Below are positions 52,690 through 57,735 of a DNA stretch of 57,735 bases, piece after piece; the first letter of the stretch is position 1; each line of letters begins with the position of its first letter. The position numbers and the translations under genes are program-made. The notes beneath the pieces were generated by a model. It did no database searches. It was not told the origin of the DNA and saw nothing but the letters and a program-made list of their open reading frames with translations. This DNA is from Candidatus Brockarchaeota archaeon. Its GTDB lineage: Archaea > Thermoproteota > EX4484-205 > JAAOZP01. The stretch spans positions 1-57,735 of the forward strand of contig JAFNIQ010000004.1 of assembly GCA_017601395.1 (NCBI GenBank). Reading direction: 5' to 3'.

Positions 52690-53633
52690 GCAAGACCAAC
52701 CCAGTATCCAAAATATCCGACCTCCCCGAAGAATCAAAATTCAGGCCAGGACACAGACTCTGCGCAGGATGCGGGCCGGCAATAACCGCGAAACTAATAA
52801 CGCTCGCCGTCCCAGAAGCAATAATCGTCAACGCAACGGGCTGCGTCGAAGTAGGAACAACAATCTACCCGTACTCCGCATGGAAAACACCATGGGTCCA
52901 CGTATTATTCCAGAACAACGCGCCAGTAGCATCAGGCATCGCAGCAGCACTCGAAAAACTTTCAGCAGAAGGAAGAGCAAAGAAACTACCAGTCATAGCG
53001 CTTGGAGGAGACGGCGCAACATTCGACATAGGACTCGGAGCAATCTCAGGGGCACTGGAAAGACTAGATAAAATTATATACATATGTTACGACAACGAGG
53101 CCTACATGAACACAGGGATCCAGAGGTCAGGAGCATCTATCCTTGGCAGTGCGACTACGACAAGCCCGGCTGGTAGGGTGATTCCGGGTAAGCAGGAGAA
53201 CAAGAAGGATTTGATTGGGATTGTTGCTTCACACCATATTCCTTATGCTGCCACTGCAACCATTTGGCTTTGGCGTGACATGGTTAACAAGATTCGTAAG
53301 GCTGTTAACTATAGTGAGCAGGGTCCAGCGTTTCTGCATATTCTTGCTCCATGCCAGTTTGGCTGGCGTTACGAGCCTCATTTGACGGTTAAGATTTCAA
53401 GGATGGCTGTTGAGACACGGTTGTTTCCGATTTACGAGGTTGAGGATGGTCAGCTTAAGATAAACTTCAGGGTTTCGAAGCCTGCGCCGGTTGAGGAGTA
53501 TCTTAAGATTCAGAGGCGGACGAGGCATCTGCTTGAGTCTAGAAACGCGGAGACTCTTCAGCGTCTTAAGGCTTGGATCGAGTGGAACTGGCTGCGCTTG
53601 GAGAACTTGGAGAAGGCTGGGAAAGTGTTCTAA
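52686..53633 (+). CDS. porB: 2-oxoacid:ferredoxin oxidoreductase beta subunit (TPP binding)
   Basis: CAGCG, GGDGATFDIGLGA and YDNEAYMNTG (TPP/FeS motifs). Confidence 0.88.
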   Translation: MSKTNPVSKISDLPEESKFRPGHRLCAGCGPAITAKLITLAVPEAIIVNATGCVEVGTTIYPYSAWKTPWVHVLFQNNAPVASGIAAALEKLSAEGRAKKLPVIALGGDGATFDIGLGAISGALERLDKIIYICYDNEAYMNTGIQRSGASILGSATTTSPAGRVIPGKQENKKDLIGIVASHHIPYAATATIWLWRDMVNKIRKAVNYSEQGPAFLHILAPCQFGWRYEPHLTVKISRMAVETRLFPIYEVEDGQLKINFRVSKPAPVEEYLKIQRRTRHLLESRNAETLQRLKAWIEWNWLRLENLEKAGKVF

Positions 53634-54205
53634 GAATCCAAATTAAAACCATACTGTAATATTTTTATCTTCACACTAGTGGTAGAAAGCGTGCTCCCCT
53701 GATAGTCGAAAACCGGAATCTGCTCTTTCGGGGATTTATTATGGACCTCCAGGTTTTGAATAGAAACGCGCTATTTGAAAATCAATTCCACTACCGTCGT
53801 TTTGTGATTGTTGGAGACCGCTTCAGCTGCGTGCGCGGATCTTCTAATAAGATGGTTTAGAGATCCGCTTGTACACTGTCACAGGCATTCTGCATGCTGC
53901 CTCAAAGCGTCCAAGTCTTCCCTATGGGAACTAGTCTTCAGAAGAATCTTCCCGCTTTCAAGCGTTCGTGAGTTTTTCAAGCAGCTGGTTGAACCTGTTC
54001 AGCACGCTGAGCTGAAGGCCAGCATTGAGAAGCAGGATCTCGATAAAGAGAATTGAAAGTCTTGAGTAGCGCGTGCCATGTGTCCTGCCTGCTCCAGTAT
54101 CCAAGTAAGCATCCTGGCTTACCCCCGCTACCAGGGCCTTTGGCCTTCAGAGTCATCACTGACACGTAATCCTTATATGAAGGCTTGGAGGGAAAGGAGG
54201 AAAAA

Positions 54206-54233
54206 ATTTATAAACTATAATTTATAAGCTATA
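54206..54233 (+). promoter_or_regulatory. tandem 14-bp repeat (ATTTATAAACTATA / ATTTATAAGCTATA): vapBC promoter/operator candidate
   Basis: Two adjacent copies with one mismatch, each containing TTTATAA. They end 5 nt before the vapB ATG. Confidence 0.5.
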
Positions 54234-54238
54234 GCAAT

Positions 54239-54439
54239 ATGACGAGCACCATACAAGTGAAGCGCCGCAACCTAAGGCTGTTAGAGGCTTTAAAGAAGCG
54301 TATGGGCGTGAAAAGCTACGACGAGGTTATTGAAAGGCTTCTTGAAGAGAAGACTAACATACCGGCAGACATGTTCGGCGTAGACAAGGGTAGGATTTCA
54401 AAGTTTACGGAGAAAGATAGGCTGGAAGACAGAGATTGA
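54239..54439 (+). CDS. vapB: VapB-type antitoxin (RHH/CopG-like)
   Basis: 66 aa with a beta-strand then helix pattern, TIQVKRRNLRLLEALKKRMGVKSYDEVIERLL. Overlaps the downstream PIN gene by 4 nt. Confidence 0.75.
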   Translation: MTSTIQVKRRNLRLLEALKKRMGVKSYDEVIERLLEEKTNIPADMFGVDKGRISKFTEKDRLEDRD

Positions 54440-54837
54440 TCGTCGCAGATAGTTATGCGTGGATCGAGTACTTTTTGGGCAGCGACTACGGGAGGATTCT
54501 GAAAGATTACATCGATACAGAGGAGCTGGCTACCCCATCAATCGTGCTGGCTGAAGTTGCGAGAAAATATCTGCGTGAAGGCGTGGGGGAAGAGGATGTT
54601 GTTAAAAGGCTCAACTTTATCGTGGCAAGCAGCATCGTAAAGGAGGTTGATCCTGAGCTGAGCATAACGGCGGCGAAAGCTTATCTGGAGCTTTCTGAGA
54701 AGGCGAAGGCTAAAGGGCTTAGGAAACCCAGCTTAACAGACGGAATCGTGCTAGCTACAGGAAGAACGCTCAAAGCTAAAATAGTTACTGGAGACGAGCA
54801 TTTCAAAGGATTAGATGAAGTAGTATACATGGGTTGA
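54436..54837 (+). CDS. vapC: VapC-type PIN-domain toxin
   Basis: 133 aa. N-terminal IVADSYAWIEYF (first acidic residue), internal LTDGIVLA and C-terminal TGDEHF, as in PIN domains. Confidence 0.8.
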   Translation: MIVADSYAWIEYFLGSDYGRILKDYIDTEELATPSIVLAEVARKYLREGVGEEDVVKRLNFIVASSIVKEVDPELSITAAKAYLELSEKAKAKGLRKPSLTDGIVLATGRTLKAKIVTGDEHFKGLDEVVYMG

Positions 54838-54987
54838 CATCTGTGCGAAGCCAGGCTCACGCTCAAAGTCTTCGCGCACGCTTGATACTATGCTTAGCCC
54901 GGTGCTACCGCTTTAAAATCAAACCCCTTAATCTTAGCGCGCACCTCAGCATATGCTTAATCGTCCCCGCCATTATTCTTCCCCATA

Positions 54988-55770
54988 TTAAATGGTTTTC
55001 GCAACCAGGTTTAAATCCGTCCAGGGGCCGAAAGGTTGTCTAGTAGCCAAGTTCCCATAGGTTGCGACGGTTTCCCAGCCTGCTTCTATCAGCATTGATG
55101 CGAGCTCGCTTACGCTATAGATGTATATTTCGAACGCAATCCTGTCGATGAACTTCAGGTCGTCACCATTCTTTGCGTAGAAAGACCATGTTGTTCTAAG
55201 CCTAGAGGTCAGCGCATCCCACCTGGTGTCCTCAACTAGAACAGTATCCTCGTGAATCGTGAACGATGAGGGGCAGAGTCTCAGGCTTAGAGAATCCCTA
55301 TGGGCTGTCTCAGCTATGAAAAGTATTCCCCCGTCTCTAGTTAACTGCCTAGCCTGCTTGAAAACCGCGAGGTCTTCACTCTTGCCGTAATAGCCTATCG
55401 ATGTCCAAACGCTGGTTACCACGTCGAAACAAGCATCCTTGGGGATAAGGCTCAGGAGTTTTCGAGCATCACCACATATGAAGCTGGTCCTCTTGGAGAC
55501 ACCCAGCTCCCTCGCTCTTGCTTTAGCATCCTCGATAAACATCGGGGACAAGTCTACGCCTACGGCTGTGAAACCTTTTTTGGCGAATGATATTGCAACC
55601 CTCCCGTTCCCGCAGCACAAGTCTAAGATCCTTCCACCCTCGACGCCGAAATCCTTAAGCAGCCTAATCATCCCGTCGACAAGAGCCTCTGCACCGGGCC
55701 ATCTCTCATTCATAATTTTAAGAAAGAGATCAGCCCTTTCTATGAAAATCCTCCTTATCCAGTCCTCCAT
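54988..55770 (-). CDS. class I SAM-dependent methyltransferase
   Basis: Motif I ILDLCCGNGRVAISFAKKG and post-I VGVDLS. The track ORF extends to 55857. However, a TATA-like CTTTATAAAT (55805-55796) sits ~26-30 nt upstream of ATG 55770 (MEDW..), so the shorter form is preferred. Confidence 0.75.
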   Translation of the reverse strand: MEDWIRRIFIERADLFLKIMNERWPGAEALVDGMIRLLKDFGVEGGRILDLCCGNGRVAISFAKKGFTAVGVDLSPMFIEDAKARARELGVSKRTSFICGDARKLLSLIPKDACFDVVTSVWTSIGYYGKSEDLAVFKQARQLTRDGGILFIAETAHRDSLSLRLCPSSFTIHEDTVLVEDTRWDALTSRLRTTWSFYAKNGDDLKFIDRIAFEIYIYSVSELASMLIEAGWETVATYGNLATRQPFGPWTDLNLVAKTI

Positions 55771-55961
55771 GATTACGTTTTTCATAGTCTTCCGATTTAT
55801 AAAGCATTCATGGGGGATTGACGCCTGGTTAAGCCGAAGAGAGCTGTTGGAAAACACTCTGAAGCAATGATGCTCTTACTATGATTGGGAGACGTTTAAA
55901 ACGCGCTAGAGCCGGAGAAAGAGTATTCCAATCAGGTTTACGGGGGATGCTTACAGAGGGT

Positions 55962-56660
55962 TTAAACGGTTGTTGGCGGAGGCGGGGGTGGTGGGAGCAG
56001 TGTTTTTTCAACAGCGTCCGAGTAGAAGAGTGTCGCAGCTCTGGTTAGAAAGGTTGCAAGGAGAGGCGATATTACTAAGGCTATGAGCCAGCCGATCAGC
56101 GGCAAAGTACCTAACAAGCCCACTATGAATGCTACGATGGCTGCTAAAATCACCCAGATAACATGGTTGGCGAAGCCGACGCTGTTTATCACTGCCATTA
56201 TCTGCTGGAAGGAAAACCCTTTAGCTATTTCTCCGGTCTTGGCTGTGAGAAGGAGGCCTATTACTCCAAATATCCCAACGCCTATGACGGCTAAGAGCAC
56301 TATGAATAGGGCGATGATAAACGTGACTCCGAGTCTAGCGAAACCAATCCCGCTGCCGATCCAGTACCAGGGCACGGTTAAGACGAACGCTAACACGAGT
56401 ATTATTAACGGCAATAATGCCCACAATAATCCTACGACGAATATCTTTAACCCTTCACCGAAAAGCTCTCCGAAATTCTCGAATTTCGGCGGCTCATCTT
56501 TAGCAGGCCCCTCTTTAAAAATCTTGGCGCAGTAGCCTAGGAAGATAAAGTTGACTATCGGAATGATGTTCACTATAATCATTACTACGAGCTCCGCTCC
56601 TCTTGACAACAGCTTCGAAACGTAGTCGACAGACTTAGAGAAACTCTCGAATATCTCCAA
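55962..56660 (-). CDS. DUF4013-like polytopic membrane protein with Pro-rich C-terminus
   Basis: 232 aa. IVNIIPIVNFIFLGYCAKIF resembles the DUF4013 N-terminal motif. Several TM helices. C-terminus LPPPPPPPTTV. Confidence 0.55.
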   Translation of the reverse strand: MEIFESFSKSVDYVSKLLSRGAELVVMIIVNIIPIVNFIFLGYCAKIFKEGPAKDEPPKFENFGELFGEGLKIFVVGLLWALLPLIILVLAFVLTVPWYWIGSGIGFARLGVTFIIALFIVLLAVIGVGIFGVIGLLLTAKTGEIAKGFSFQQIMAVINSVGFANHVIWVILAAIVAFIVGLLGTLPLIGWLIALVISPLLATFLTRAATLFYSDAVEKTLLPPPPPPPTTV

Positions 56661-57096
56661 CTTTCACCGGCATTTATTGACGGTTGCATTATTTAAGCTT
56701 TATAGTAGACGACCGTTTATTTTAGCACGCACTAAAATTCTAAGATAGCGGTTTAACATAGACTAGTGAACGTACAATTCATAAGCCTTTCTCAGCATAT
56801 ACTTGCCACCTATATTAGGCTATCTGGCTGGGAGAGGGATGAGCATTACAAACGTCTCTCCTCAATCCTATAGAAGTGATTTTCGGGTCTTTGGTTGGCC
56901 TCAACCCTAGAAATAGAAGGGATGCGCGATAATCAACATTACGCGCGAGCCCCATCCTTGCGCGTAACTATTCGTTTTAATCTTTTCCCAGCGCGCGTCA
57001 TACCGTGCTAATCATACATGGCCTTATCCTCATTTTTTGGCTCGCTTTCACAAGATTAATAAAGCATGTTTATAAAATTCCTGGAAGTGAGCGAGT

Positions 57097-57276
57097 ATGG
57101 GCAGCAGTAGGGCTGAATTTATGCTCGTGATTTTCCTCGCAATCCTATTCGTTGGAATAATTTGGCTGATTGTTCAAACATTCAGAGAATTCCTTTCTCC
57201 CCCGCTTCTGCTGATAATCATCGGACTGACTGGAATCATTATTTTTTACTTTTACAGAAGGATTGCTGGTGAATAA
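57097..57276 (+). CDS. 59-aa two-TM micro-protein (hypothetical, not in ORF track)
   Basis: MGSSRAEFMLVIFLAILFVGIIWLIVQTFREFLSPPLLLIIIGLTGIIIFYFYRRIAGE. A TATA-like GTTTATAAAA lies ~25 nt upstream. Confidence 0.35.
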   Translation: MGSSRAEFMLVIFLAILFVGIIWLIVQTFREFLSPPLLLIIIGLTGIIIFYFYRRIAGE

Positions 57277-57735
57277 CGTAATCGCTTACTGCGTGACGAG
57301 GCGAGACTGAGTATGGCGGATGGTTTGCCACATAGCTGAAAAAACCCTTTGCTAAGCTTATCGAGAATTGTTAATCAGCACGGGCTTAGGAAAACGGCCA
57401 TCCTCGGCTCCTACTTCGCCATTTCGCTAAGCTGTGGCCTGAGAAAGGGCTTTACAAGAAGCATCTTTACATAAGGAGCCGCGTCGACCAAGAGAATGTG
57501 GCACTATCCTTCTCGGACGAAAATGGATATCATGATCCTAGAGTTACCTTATATTTTCGGGAAGCGGCTTGATAGAGAAGCTGGTTTAAAAGCATGCGTT
57601 ATGGGGAAATATTGCGAGTAAGCTTTATATTCATGGAAAGAAACTATTTATGCGTGAAAAGGTGACTGAAGTTGGGAGTAGCAGTCCCAAGTGAAAGAGT
57701 TAAGCCTTCTGGCCTTAAAACATGGATAATAATAT

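Overview
This window is archaeal chromosomal DNA, probably from a hyperthermophilic member of Thermoproteota (Crenarchaeota); a Thermofilum-like lineage is only a guess. Supporting signs are TATA-box promoters about 26 nt upstream of genes, many TTG/GTG starts with 1-4 nt gene overlaps, a tRNA with an apparent non-canonical intron, and archaeal marker genes (thermosome, RadA, ABCE1, L40e, S17e, Rpp21, Cgi121, Fap7). Most of the window is housekeeping. It holds branched-chain amino acid operons (ilvBNCD at 2.8-7.6 kb; leuA-leuC-leuD at 13.0-16.3 kb on the minus strand), argH, radA, aspS, argS, tpiA, dcd and a four-subunit 2-oxoacid:ferredoxin oxidoreductase (50.6-53.6 kb). There are five tRNA genes: Gly-CCC, Gly-UCC, Val-CAC, Glu-CUC and Arg-GCG. 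Three regions look accessory or novel. (1) A 2.9-kb AT-rich cassette at 17.65-20.61 kb is bracketed by a perfect 53-bp direct repeat beside tRNA-Gly(UCC). It encodes a double-motif LAGLIDADG nuclease, a TGT/DpdA-like transglycosylase-fold protein with an extra N-terminal Cys cluster, and an unknown protein, with no integrase. (2) An AT-rich divergent gene cluster at 28.1-35.2 kb couples a PilB/FlaI/VirB11-class ATPase, membrane platform proteins, many tiny hydrophobic pilin-like proteins and a membrane-anchored VirB4/HerA-class ATPase. A divergent TFB paralogue lies next to it. (3) The ilvB and leuA operons have long 5' leaders that share three sequence blocks at matching spacing, including a short upstream ORF with a conserved A-x-RGRD-x-[LV]-R peptide. 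Smaller observations include a 37-codon poly-Glu/Trp micro-ORF upstream of ABCE1, a DUF362 gene with one in-frame TAA, a catalytically degenerate ABC ATPase and a vapBC module with a tandem-repeat operator. No CRISPR array or rRNA was seen. All family assignments come from motif recognition by eye; no database search was run.
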